Positions 39,020 through 51,335 of a stretch of DNA of 64,000 bases are shown here, piece after piece (within the stretch, counting starts at the first letter, position 1; each line of letters begins with the position of its first letter). Location: positions 47,802,001 through 47,866,000 of the forward strand of contig OZ360231.1 of NCBI GenBank assembly GCA_977017645.1, given 5' to 3'. The translations under genes were made by a program, and so were the position numbers. The notes below the pieces were generated by a model that worked only from the letters and a program-made list of their open reading frames with translations, did not search any database and had not been told where the DNA came from. This stretch comes from Torpedo marmorata (Eukaryota).

Positions 39020-40525
39020 GGCTCAGTCTTTTAATGTAGTGTAATGTACAGTGCACTCACCTAGGAAGGGCTAATAAAACAGCCAACCTTTCTCCCCGCC
39101 TGCTTTCGCCGAAGCCTGATGAGCCAAAGCCTGGAAGTCCCACTCCTTCGCTGTGCCACTTACTCGCTGGGCCGCTCCCTGTCCCTCTTATTTATTGGCC
39201 TTTTACCCTCTCCTGTACGCCCGACCAATGGCCGCCTCCGACTCCTCCTCTGACCTTTGCCGCAGGCCCCGATAAGTTACTTTTAAAAAAGCCTTACCTT
39301 CTCTCTGACTCTTTTCTCCTCTGTCATCTCCTCTCTCCTCTCCCGTGTCATTTTCTAATGGCCCTATATCTACTCTCACCTCTCTTTTACTCTTTACATA
39401 CTTGAAGAAGCTTTTTGTATCCTTTTTGATATTATTTGCAAGCCTATTTTCACACCATCTTTTACCTCCTTAATAGTTTATTAGTTACCTTCTGTAAGTT
39501 TTTAAAAACTTCTCAATCCTCTATCTTCCCACTAATTTTTGCTTCCTTGTATGCCCTCTTCTGCTTTTACGTTGACTTTGACTTCTCTGGTCACCCACAG
39601 TTGTGACATTTTTCCATTTGAATATTTCCTCTTTTTTTGCCTTTAAGATCAGTTCTCTTTTAAGTAGGTTTTCTTGAGTTCACACACACCCCCCCCCCCC
39701 CACCTCGGACTCAACATCCTCAGCTCCACCAACCCTACAATCTGCCACCTGAGTCCAATTGATTGCCTCTTCTTCAACACCACTCCTGTCACATCTCCAG
39801 ACCCTCATCCTCCAGTTGGCCTCATTCTCCCTAACCACACCACAATCCCCATAAATACTCTCTCCATCCCGAGATCCCTCCAATGTTTTCTATACCACAC
39901 ACCAGCAGCCCCAATTTGACTTTTGGATTTCTCCTGCAAGTCATAGCTGGAGGCAGGAGCTAGGGTTAAACAACCTTTGTGCACCTCTAATTATTACACT
40001 CTGAAGCATCTGGACAAATAGAATTTAACCACTCAGAAAGATTCCAGATAAAACTTTGCGTGATAAGACGAGTTAATTTCTAATTTAGATCTGAACAGTG
40101 AATAACTGAAAATTGATTTTGAAGTACAGTAGTTTTTTTTTCCACTAACAAAATGTTACCCAACGAGCATTTCCTGAAAGTGGGTGTTATCAGATGAAAA
40201 TATTGGGTCACCTATAATGTGGTAAAAGTCCTACATCAACAGATTTGAACAACCTTTTGATAATAACCTAATCTTTATAAAATATCATTTGAGAACATCG
40301 GTTGCGCAGAAAGGTTTTCAAACATTCTGATGAAAGCACAAGATTGAAGCATTGGTGCATCTTGGTATATACAGCAACTTAAAAATCGGACTTTGTCACA
40401 GTTCAGTACTCTTGGTGAGGTTAAGAAATTTTAATGGCATGGTGATTTTCCTTGTTTTCAATACTATTTCGGCACGAGCGACCTGGGTTTCAAACTGGCA
40501 TTGTCTGTTATGAGTTTGAACGTTC

Positions 40526-41290
40526 AGAGGTATACAATCCAGTGATCATTGTGGGGATCAGAGGTGGAGAGGGTGAGCAAATTTAGGTTCTTGGGAGTCA
40601 CTATCTCGGAGGATCTTTCCTGGACCCAACACATCAATGGCACAGTGAAGAAAGCACGTCAGCGCCTCTACTTCCTCAGGAGTTTGCGGAGGTTTGGTAT
40701 GACACCAGAAACCCTGGCAAATTTCTACAGAGGTGTGGTGGAAAATGTGCTGACCAGCTGCATCACGGTCTGGTATGGGAACACCAATACCCCTGAGTGT
40801 AAAGCCCTCCAAAAGGTAGTGGACACAACCTAGGACATCACAGGCAAAACCCTCCCCACTATTGAGTACATCTACAGGGAACGCTGCCGTCGGAGGGAAG
40901 CAGCAATCATCAAAGACCCACACCACCCAGCACCCGCTCTGTTCTCGCTGCTGCCATCAGGAAAGAGGTATAGGTGCCACAAGACTCGCACCACCAGATT
41001 CAGGAATAGCTGCTACCCCTCTACCATCAGAATCCTCAATGACAAATTCAATCAGACTCATTTAAGGACTCTTACTTGTGCACTTTATTGATTGATTATC
41101 TTTGTTCTCTGCATTGCACAGTTTGTTTACATTCGTTATCTGTTTACAGTTCTTTTATTTGTTTATGCTGTGTACAGTTTATTTTTGCACTACCAATTAG
41201 GGGTAATTCTGCCGCGCCTGCAGGAAAAAGGAATCTCAGAGTTGTATGTGATGTCATGTATGTACTCTGACAATGAATCTGAAATCTGAA
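40526..41290 (+). mobile_element. Rex1/Babar-like LINE inserted into a V-SINE (~40470-41430)
   Basis: VERVSKFRFLGVTISEDLSW and a (TCTGAAA)n tail. The SINE head lies before it and the SINE core/tail after it. Confidence 0.85.
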
Positions 41291-41864
41291 TCCCTGTGAC
41301 CTGCATAGAATTCCTTCCCGTTTCCTCCCACCCTCCAAAACGTATGAGATGGTAGATTAATTGGGTGGCAGGAGCTTCATGGGCTGGAAGGGCCTTCTAC
41401 CATGCTGTATTGATAAAATAAAATAAAAACTTTTCTGGCACATAATAAAAACAAGTAAACATTTTGTGGAATAGCCAAGGAACAGAAATTGCTTGCACTT
41501 TATTATAAAGTAGCTCTCTGGTTTCCCTCATTCCTCTGTGATTACCCAATGAATGCAAAGCCCTCCTTCAGAACATTACAATTTGAACCACTGGTGCATC
41601 AACTCTAGGTTCAAATGTGAATGCAAGGAAAACTTGATAAGTGATAGTGTTAGAGACATGATGACAATTGGAAATGAATATCAGAACATTCCTAATCATT
41701 GGAGAGTAAATGACTGCAAGAATGGGAACAGCACTCCCGAATGGATCCCCTCAGAAGTTCAAGTGCGGCTGCAGAAAGTCCTTCCGTGCGAGAGGCATCA
41801 ACTGTGAAATTCTGCACACTTTCTCCATTTCCACCTATCTCAACCGATTCTGGCTACAGCTGGT

Positions 41865-42365
41865 TCAGATACCAAGTTTATTGTCATCTGATTGCACAAG
41901 TACAACCCAACGGAACAGCGTTCTCCAGTCCTCGGTGCAAAACATGCAGACACACAACCAGACATAACATATACAGACAAACAATACATATGCAGGACAA
42001 GTATTCATATATACAAATAAATAAATAAATATTGTTTCGTGAATATAAGTCTCGGACTGTAGAGTTTCAAGGTTCCTTTTATTGTCACGTAATAATACAT
42101 TAAAAATGTAATATATATGATATACTTCAACTTTTGTCCACCATAAGGCAAACAAAGAGTCGCCATGAGCATTGTCCGGCGCCCCTAATAATAAGAGAAA
42201 GAGAAGCAAAAGAGAGTCCCCTCCGAGTCACCGAGTGTCCATGGATCCGCCTCCAGCCTCCGCAGCCGCACAGACTCCGGTCCAAGCCATCAGCCACCCA
42301 AGTTCCAGATCCAAACCAGATCAGGACACCTTCAGTGCCCGAGATCCTTCAGGAGCCTTCAAAAT
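41865..42365 (-). mobile_element. Rex1 tail fragment plus fragment of the GC-rich non-autonomous family
   Basis: 41865-42060 matches the 13.6-kb tail. GAGAAGCAAAAGAGAGTCCCC...GTCACCGAGTGTCCAT is complementary to ~7025-7066. Confidence 0.7.
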
Positions 42366-42924
42366 GTATGACCAATTTGGGAAATGTTAATGTGCAAAAT
42401 AGTATTGATTTAGTACAGATCTACCAAACTGGGCGTTCACGAGGCACTCTGAGACAGCACAAGTAGAGTAGCATTTATACTTTCTGATGAAATACATTCC
42501 CCAGTGTAACTTACTCTACAGAATTAATAAGGGTCATAATGAATCTACTAAAAGAGAATGGTTAACAACATCCTGAATACAGAGAAAGCAACCCTGTGAA
42601 ACCACTGCACTGGACACCTGTAGATAAAGCAGCAAAAGCAACATTCGCAGAGCGAAGCAATGCAACAACCAACAGATCAGGTCTACACACATACCACATC
42701 CTGTTTTGAACAATGGTTGATTAAACAACTGGAAGGGTGGAGGGGGAAAAGAGTCGATGCCAATGAGCAAAACAAAATAATGGTGACTGGGGAGATTCAT
42801 GAATACACAGGCCCAGAAACATGCCTTGCATGAAGGAAGTGGTTGTGATTGCTGAAGGCCAGTCCCCTTTGTGTCATGGTCGAGGCAGTACCCTGGCCGC
42901 AACATCAGATTGCTTAACTGACAA

Positions 42925-43145
42925 GGGCGGTACGGTTAGAATAGTGGTTAGTGCAACGCTGTGACAGCAGCTGTCCGTAAGGAGTTTGTACGTTCTCCTC
43001 GTGTCCACATGCGTTTCCTCCGGGTTTCTTCCCACGTTCCAAAGGTGTACAGGGTTAGTAGGTCAACATGGATGTAATTGGGCGGCGCGGGTTCGTGGGT
43101 CAGAAGAACCCCGTTACTGTGCTGTATCACTAATAATTTAAAAAC
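42925..43145 (+). mobile_element. V-SINE, internally deleted
   Basis: Head and V-core (GTAAGGAGTTTGTACGTTCTCC) similar to the copy at 28888. Confidence 0.75.
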
Positions 43146-46100
43146 CTGCCCTTTAATGTGACTGTTCATCAATGATTGCAATGTACAGTAGCTCTCAAGT
43201 TTGTAAGACAATGACGCAGTCATATATTGAGACACATCCACGCTTGGGTGCGATAAATCGCACTTTGTTCCAGTCAATGACAAGAAACCATCACGCTTGA
43301 TATTCAATGGTATGAACATCAACAAAGTCCCTTGGGGTCCACCACCGATCAGATATTCAGCAGGACCATCCAAAAATAGACCCACTAGAGCAGATAAGAT
43401 GCTGAAGCTTGCAGTTGGAGTGGTGGGAGCAAGAGGCGCTCAACTTAGAGCTCAATTCTTCTCCACTATTTAATTATAAAGAATGCGGTGCAATATTTTT
43501 CACTTTCATTGAGGTGTGAAGCAACATTCAAGCAGATTGATACCATCCAGTATCAAGCAGTGCAGTTCACTGACACCATTCACAAGTTTACCATTCACTC
43601 CCTCCAGCATTATTACAGTAACTAATATATACCATCAACAGGATGCAGGACTGCAAAACATCATGTCTTTGTCAGCAACCCCTGTAAAAACACACTACCT
43701 CTGCAACCCTGATGGGCAAGAACTAGAATGGAACACTTTGAACTTTGCTCCCTTCTGCAAACAACCCCATTGCATATTGGATATACTGGGTCATTTGTGT
43801 GACTGTCACAGTAAAAATACACTGCGGTAGCACATATCACAATCATAAATATATTACACTTTTACCATTAAGTCAAACACCCTAATCAATCATCACTACC
43901 ATTATTGCAGAAGATTTGCAGAATTAACCACAATCATCATCATCTCATTCAAGATGCCAAATTCTGGGGAATGATTTTTTTTAATGAATAAAGCAACCAG
44001 AATTTTAAAAAATCACTAAACTATTCTGCTTAGCGAGAATAGAGGTTTATTAATCCTAGTACAACAAAATACAACTTTTGGATAACATGACAGTAAATTA
44101 GCTGATTTTGGAATACAAATGGTACCAAGTTGTCAAGAATTAAACAACAGACGTTCCATTTGATTACATAAGCAAAGCTGCATTAATTACAGTAATATTT
44201 CCCATGGCTGTTTTCTAGCAGGCAAATTTTCTTTAGTCAAATTCCATCATATTTTGGCACACAAGATAGCTTGCAATGATACAGCTACAAAATGCTGTCA
44301 ACTAGATTCACCAAACAACGGCAATAACACGAATTCTCTCCATTCTCTTCCTTGCGAGGCAGATTTCAATTTTGGGAAAGAAAGTAGATACAATTCTTGC
44401 TATGGATAGATAACATAATTTTAGAATGGATTATCAGATAGTATTTGAAGCATAAACATGGCTCTCTTCCCAACTTTGGATTCAGTGAAAATAAACTGTC
44501 GTAGCACATGACACCACCATAAATATATTACACTTTTACCATCATCTGTTAGGTAACAAAAAAAAGGATTTCAAAACAAGTAGTTCTGACAAAACAAACA
44601 TTAAGCAGTTTTGTATTTTCGTTTAATGCAGAGTTCAAAAACAAGTTGGACAATAGATTTCATTCCTGTAAATCATGGGCATGCAAAAGTAGAGCAAGCA
44701 GTGCACTCACCCTACTTTCCCTCTCCAATAATCAGTGAGCACGTTCAGATGGTGCACAAATGAGCACAATGTGTGCTTCATGTTTTTCTCCAAATATGGT
44801 TCCATTTAAATATCTGCACACACGTGGGTGTTAGTGCCACTGCCTTGCCCCCACTCCATGAACACAATTTATGCAGGAATAGCTCAGAACAATAGCAAAT
44901 AGCCGATTAGTTCCTCAATTTTCAGGTGCAAATTTAGGTCATTATTATTAGTGGATTATTCAACAACATTTGAACCACAATTCAAGCTTAAGGCTGTTCT
45001 TCTTCAATAATAGAACAAATATTTTTTGGGGGGAGGGAAGGTGTTCATTAACTAAGTCAGAACATGAGATGAGCTATTGTATTCCTATTGCCCCTGCAGA
45101 GAAGTTAATGTCCCTACCAGCCAACTCATCCTAAATCCCGTTTTTGGCTGTGCAAAAGATGCTGGTACTTATTGTTCATTACTATACAAAGCATGCCACT
45201 TATCTATTCAGAGATCGTGACAGCCCTGATGTATTAGCAATTTACAAAGGCATCATATCCAAAATTCTTTCGTCATTACCTGGTTTAAATCTTCCTATCG
45301 AACAACATGGTGGGAGCATCTTCACCGGAAGCACTGCAGTAGTTTACCATCAACTTCAAGGGCATTTAGGATGGACAATAAATGCTGGCCTTGCCACATC
45401 CAAATGTTAAAGACAAAAATGGGCATATTCACTCCAGAAATGAAATTTGTATTTTATGCAAATTAAAAGCTCATGTCACATCTCTGTGATCATGTAAATA
45501 TTTCTAAACCATGTGAAAATCCTATAAGAAGTCAGGTAAAGGATGAATATATGAACAATACAAAAAAACACCATCTATAAAAGGCATGCACAAAATATGG
45601 CAGGTTTGCAAGTGGAAATTGTAACGGTATGCAAAAACTCTTAAATTTTGCAGGTAAAAGTTTGACCGTGTTTTAGTTAAATCTCAATTATCGACATTTC
45701 TGTAGCTTTTAAAAAAAAAAACTCACATGTGCATATTAAACAAGTGATTTAGTGGATTTGTGGATGTCACAAAGTAACGTACTGGTCTGCTCGAATGTTT
45801 CATAAAAGGCATTGTTGAGATAACATTGGGACCATAGGAAATTACAGTTCCAAATCACTTCCACTGTCCATTATTGAAGCCAGCTATTTACATCTGAGAA
45901 TGAGCACTTCACATTTTCCATTCCCATAGTTATCAATGCTAAAAACATTCTTTGCACTAGGTTAAAATACACCATCTCTTTTCTGCAAACTCACTTCTTT
46001 AAATCAACTGTTCCAATCTTATTTACATGATTATCTTAATCATTTAATTATTCAAGAGTGCAACCTATAACCCAACACTCATGAAATTGATGCAATAGCA

Positions 46101-46294
46101 AACTTGGCTGAAAAAGTCTTAACGTGGAATGTAATCTTTGAAATAAAAGTCAGATTAATGTTTGAAAATCTTTAGATTTTACCATCCATCTCTTCTTGGA
46201 TGTGAATCGTGTTCGTACCGAATGTACACCAATGTCAAAGTGAAACATATCTTGAAAGAAATTGCATTTTTGTCCACAATTTCAACTTTAACTT

Positions 46295-46300
46295 TTTATT
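46295..46300 (-). terminator. Candidate polyadenylation signal of traf3ip2l
   Basis: AATAAA on the minus strand ~185 nt after the stop codon. Confidence 0.4.
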
Positions 46301-46482
46301 ACTGTATTCTGCACATCTGAAATATTCTTTCGTGAATAATCCATCAAAATCAAGGTTACCAGAACCCCTGGAGAATTGGCTATCCTTTGCTACAGCACTT
46401 GCAAAACATTAAAAAGATAACGTATGGAACTTAATTAGCACATGCATGTTGTATGACATTGCAGCACCAAGATCAAACTGGA

Positions 46483-46629
46483 TTAAATAGATTTCTGAAT
46501 AATGGTAGGAAGTTCGCCAACTGGAGGTGGGTTGTACTTTTCCAAACGCATCAATCGTCGTAGAATATCTTGGCTCTGCCCTGGCCAATTGTAGACATGT
46601 GTATTTAGAAGCCATGAAGGAACATGTTT
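46483..46629 (-). CDS. traf3ip2l: TRAF3IP2/Act1-like SEFIR adaptor, last coding exon
   Basis: tttgttcAG acceptor, then KHVPSWLLNTHVYNWPGQSQDILRRLMRLEKYNPPPVGELPTIIQKSI*, matching the Act1-family C-terminus (HVPxWLxNTHVYxWP). Confidence 0.92.
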   Translation of the reverse strand, partial: KHVPSWLLNTHVYNWPGQSQDILRRLMRLEKYNPPPVGELPTIIQKSI

Positions 46630-46819
46630 CTGAACAAATAAAATTAACAAGAATCATTTAATAAGTAGCAGGAAGAATTTGCAACCTGTTAATCACATTC
46701 CTAATTGATCACTATGGTTTAATCAGATCTTAATTAAACATTCACACTTCATTCCTTCTCTATTACATGAAGTTCAACTGGAATATACCTAGGTTTGCTC
46801 ACAAGATATAGTTTGCAAA

Positions 46820-48340
46820 AGTAAAACACGAGAATCTATAGACACCGTGGTTGAAGTAAAAAACACAAATGCTGGAGAAACTCAGCAGGTCAAAGAGTGT
46901 CTTTTATGTAGCAAAGGTAGAAATACATAACTGACGTTTTGGGCTTGAGCCCTTCATCAAAGTATGAGAAAATGCCGGCAGGCGTCCGAACAAAAGAGTG
47001 AGGTGGGAAGGGGGGTGGAAAAGGCAGGAGATAATAGGTGGAGAAAGGAGGGAGGGGACAGCAGCAAAGAGGGGGAGGAGGGATGGCTGGGTAGGTGGAG
47101 AAAAGCAGGAAGGACAGGTGAGGGGGGAGGGGAAGGGAACGACAAGCAGGTTAGTGGAAAGCAGAAAAGTCAATGTTAATGCCATCTGGCTGGAGAGTGC
47201 TGAGACGGAAAATGAGATGTTGTTCCTCCAATTTGCGGGTAGTCTGGGTGGGATAGTACATAAGGCCATGGACAGACATGTGGGTGTGGGAGTGTGACCC
47301 GGATTTGAAATGGTTGGCTACTGGGAGGTTGCTGTTGTTGCGGACGGAGAGGAGGTGCTCAGCAAAGCGGTCTCCCAATCTACGACCGGTCTCTCCGATG
47401 TAGAGAAAGCCACAAAGGGAGCACCGGATGCAGTAAATAAGTTCTCTGGATGTACAAGTGAAGTGCAGTTTCACTTGGAAGGCCTGTTTGGGGCCCTGGA
47501 CCGTGGTGAGGGGGGAGGTGTGGGCGCAGGTGTTGCACCTCCTGCGGGCACAGGGGAAGGTGCCGGGGGTGCGATGGGTGGGGAGGGATGAGTGCACGAG
47601 TGAATCGCGGAGGGAGCGGTCCCTACGGAGGGCCGAGAGGGGAGGAGAAGGAAAACTGTGTCTAGTGGTGGGATCCTGTAGTAAGTGCCGGAAATTCCGG
47701 CGGATAATGTGTTGGATGCGGAGGCTGGTGGGGTGGTAGGTGAGGATGAGGGGGATTCTATGTTTGTTGTGTCTGGGGGCAGAGTGGGCCAGGGCAGATG
47801 AGCGGGAAATGGAGGAGATGCGGGTGAGGGCTGAGTTGATGGTGGTGGAGGGGAAGCCACGTTTGTGGAAAAAGGCAGACATTTCAGAAGATCTGGACTG
47901 GAACACCTCATCTTGGGAACAGATGCGGCGGAGGCGGAGAAATTGAGAGAAGGGGATGGAATCCTTGCAGGGGACAGGGTATGAGGAAGTGTAGTCCAGA
48001 TAGTTGTGGGAGTTGGAGGGTTTGTTGTAAATGTCAGTGGAAAGCTTGTCTCCTGAGATGGAGACAGAGAGATCCAGGAAGGGGAGAGTGTTATCGGAGA
48101 TGGACCAGGTGAGTTTGAGATCGGGGTGGAAGTTGGATGCGAAGTGGATGAAGTTGACAAGCTCATCGCGGGTGCATGTGGCAGCCCCGATGTAGTCATC
48201 GATATAACGGAGGAAGAGATGAGGGGTCTTGCCTGTGTAGGCTTGCAGCATGGATTGCTCCACAAAGCCCACAAACAGGCAGGCGTAGCTGGGACCCATG
48301 CGGGTACCCATGGCTACTCCTTTGATTTGGAGGAAGTGGG
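46820..48340 (-). mobile_element. Young 5'-truncated Penelope-like element (Neptune-like) in the last traf3ip2l intron
   Basis: 12-bp TSD ATAGTTTGCAAA (46808-46819, 48341-48352), an uninterrupted reading frame and a complete tail. Confidence 0.93.
47151..48340 (-). CDS. Penelope RT C-terminal half + Cys-rich linker + GIY-YIG endonuclease (open, 5'-truncated)
   Basis: GVAMGTRMGPSYA, RYIDDY, CARRRCNTC and LIYCIRCSLCGFLYIGETGRRLGDRFAEH. Confidence 0.88.
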
Positions 48341-49349
48341 ATAGTTTGCAAATGGAAATGCACAATTACATAAATCCTTGATTACATTTGAATTTAGAAC
48401 AACTGACTACAGAATCAACCTCTGGCATTACAGTCAGTCAACTCTCATCAGTCACAATTCCACTGCAAACTTCCAGCAGTGTGCCCACTAATATTCTGCC
48501 CACCTAACAGCTCCCTCATTCACTCCCCAAAGCAGCACATTATTAATCAATGCTTCAAGCTAAATCTACCCTTCTTTAAGTAAATGTCATCCAAGTACAA
48601 ATTTGGATTTTGATTTCCCATATTCTTTTCCTCTAAACACACTCAAGACACATCTCCTAAATTTCCCACACCTATGACAATTGAATTTCTTGTCCTTGGA
48701 AGTATCGGATTTCCACCACAAATGCAAATTGTTGCTGACCTGCAGACCAATTACTGCCATCTCCTCCTCTTCCCCCAACCCCCCACACCTGCCACATACT
48801 GTACCATCTACTTCTCTGCTATGCTCTTTCATTCTTGTACACCCTCAGCCTCTCCTTCGAATCAAGCTACACACTCATTTATCTCAAACACCCTTTTCTG
48901 TCACCTTGTACTCTCCTCAGAATTCACAGTCCTCTTTAAACACTTCACCTATCTTCACTCGATGTTAATAGTTACCTGTTCCAAGAGAAGATTATCACTA
49001 GCCACATAGCCTGCAACTGTCCTCTCAGGTCCTGATCCACCTTGGTCTTCTCTCACGCATCCTTCTTTTTAACTCTCCTGTTACCCAGTTTCTTTCCCCT
49101 TCCCAACCTGGTCCCATCTGCCCACCCTCCCTCTGTTACCTGGCTCCACCCATCACCTTCTTTTCTTATCAGTTTCATAATCTGCTGTCCTTTGTTATCT
49201 CCACTTATCACCTCCCAGCCCTTACAACAATCTCCACCCTTCCCTTCTCCACACAGCTCCATCTGCATTTCAACTGCTCCTTATATGGGTCCACATAACT
49301 TGCCAGCTCCTGCCTCACCGTCTGCCCTCCTCACCTCTTTACAATGGCT

Positions 49350-49555
49350 CAAACAGTGTCTTTTATGTAGCAAAAGTAGAAATACATAACCGACGTTTCG
49401 GGCTTGAGCCCTTCATCAAAGTATCAAGCCCGAAACGTCGGTTATGTATTTCTACTTTTGCTACATAAAAGACACTGTTTGACCTGCTGAGTTTCTCCAG
49501 CATGTGTTTTTTACTTCAACCACGGTGTCTACAGATTTTCGTGTTTTACTTTTCA
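49350..49555. mobile_element. Mini palindromic Penelope tail insertion inside an older Penelope tail
   Basis: Perfect 59-bp arms 49349-49407 and 49424-49482, with an 11-bp TSD TTACAATGGCT (49339-49349, 49556-49566). Confidence 0.9.
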
Positions 49556-49931
49556 TTACAATGGCTACCTGCCCTTTACACTTTCAGTCCTGATGCAAGG
49601 TCTCGACCGATATGTCAACCATCTCTTTGCCTCCCAGCTGCCTGACCCGCTGAGTTGCTCCAGAAGCTCGTTTTATGCCAGACACCAGCATCTGCAGTGC
49701 CTTGTATCTTCGTTGCTAGGTATTTCTCTGCATTTCTAACACATGGGGGGAAAAAGTAAAGCAAACGAAACATGACTGGCTCCTGACAAATGCAAATCTT
49801 GATTCAGTCAAGCTGGAAGAAAAGCAGTCCTCAATATTTTTTTATTATGGCATCTCGCAACCAAGCCAAATTCAGTCTAATGGTAAATAATTGGAGTCAT
49901 GCTCGAGAAGACAAGCAGTGTTACTTTAGGA

Positions 49932-50220
49932 CAGTGGTTTTCAAACTGCCCCCCTGAACTCACATTCCACTTTAAGCAATCCCTATGCCAGAGGTGCTCT
50001 GTGATTAGTAAGGGATTACTTCAGGTGGTATGTGAGTGGAAAGAAAAAGTTTGAAAACCACTGTTTTAATCGTACCTAATTGACGGTTTCATAACTCCAA
50101 AGGAAATGAGCCAATGACAATTTTTCTCAATCAAAATATTTCAGTAACAATTGGGTCTAGAGCCAATTGAGGTTCTCAACCTTCCCTTCCCACTCACATA
50201 CCACCTTAAGCAATCCCTGC
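49932..50220. mobile_element. Truncated dimeric hAT MITE, opposite orientation
   Basis: CAGTGGTTTTCAAAC terminus and the reverse complement of the spacer seen at ~33963-34074. Confidence 0.8.
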
Positions 50221-50289
50221 CAGACACTTAAGCCCCTTTTATACTGCAAAGAAAGCGACGTTAAAGATAGAACATTTCTGTCTTTAAGT

Positions 50290-50765
50290 CGCCTCACTTA
50301 CCTTTATAAAAATGCAGATGGTGGATTGCCAAGGCGTAATCCGAAATGCCTAGGAGGTAGACACAGAGGTGGAGCGAATCTCTCCACCTCCTCTATAAAA
50401 AGAAAGCAGCCTAAAGCGTCTGGCAAGGGGCGGTCTGATGACGTCGCGATGACGCCTTCAGCCCCGCGACCCAGGAGAGTTGATCTATATGGCAATGGCC
50501 GTCTTCGTTACCCATAATCCCCCACGCAGCTGGAACCGCTCTGCGTTTCCCTGACGCTGGCACTGACAGAGCGGTTCCAGCTGCGTGGGGGATTATGGGT
50601 AACGAAGACGGCCATTGCTCGGTGCATATGTTTGACTTCACGGCGGCGGGCGGCGCTACTGCACCACTCGCTCCGCCTCCCTATGATCGGATGCCGGCTC
50701 CTGACCCAGCTCTGCATAAAGACAATGCTGGAAACGTCATGTAGGTCTCCATAAAAAGTAAGTTC
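50290..50765. promoter_or_regulatory. CpG-rich bidirectional promoter-like module with inverted ZNF143/Staf sites
   Basis: GC box at 50427, TGACGTC at 50439, TACCCATAATCCCCCACG at 50509-50526 and its mirror, and outward-facing donors AAG|GTAAGT (minus, 50302) and AAA|GTAAGT (plus, 50757). Confidence 0.65.
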
Positions 50766-51124
50766 ACCTTTTTTTTTTTTTTCTTGAGCCTTCTTTATTG
50801 CGGGGTTGCACCATAAAAAGGGCTTATAACTCTGAAAGTCCCCCTCTACATCAGTTTCTTCTTTGCAAAACGCCATGACTCCCATGTCCATGAAAGTACT
50901 TTTGGACATATGCCCAAATACCTCACTTGGCTCCGTCTGCCCGTCTTTGTGTAATAATGTTCTAGTAATAGCCCTTGGGATATTTTGCATTTTGAAGGAG
51001 TACATAAATCACAAACATAGAGCTTCATTCCTTCAAATTTTGCTTGATGGAACTTTTAAAAAGGATTTAAATAATCCCATTTGAAAAACAATCTGACATC
51101 TTAAATTTATTAATATTGCTAAAT

Positions 51125-51335
51125 TTTAATTTTTTAAAATTTAGACATACAGCACGGTAACAGGCCCTTTCAGCCCATGAGCCCGTGCCGCCCAAATTCA
51201 CCCAACTGACCTACCACCCTGGCAAGGTTTGAACAGTGGGAGGAAACTGGAGAACCCAGAGGAAATCCACGCAGACACGGGGAGAATGTACAAACTCCGG
51301 ACGCTGGCGCTGTAATATCGTTGCTCTAACCGTGC
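51125..51335 (-). mobile_element. V-SINE
   Basis: V-core and CR1-like tail, complementary to the copy at 28888. Confidence 0.8.

Larger units (their letters stand above)
34916..39345 (-). mobile_element. Near full-length younger CR1 LINE (5' UTR, ORF1, ORF2, tail)
   Basis: Esterase ORF1, APE-RT ORF2 and a tail shared with the V-SINEs, inserted into the older CR1. Confidence 0.9.
31710..39640 (-). mobile_element. Older CR1 LINE hosting four nested insertions
   Basis: LYKALVRPHLEYCEQFWAP (32036-32281) and KSPGPDGLHPR (34689-34922). The sequence resumes collinearly after each insertion and again at ~39347. Confidence 0.8.
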
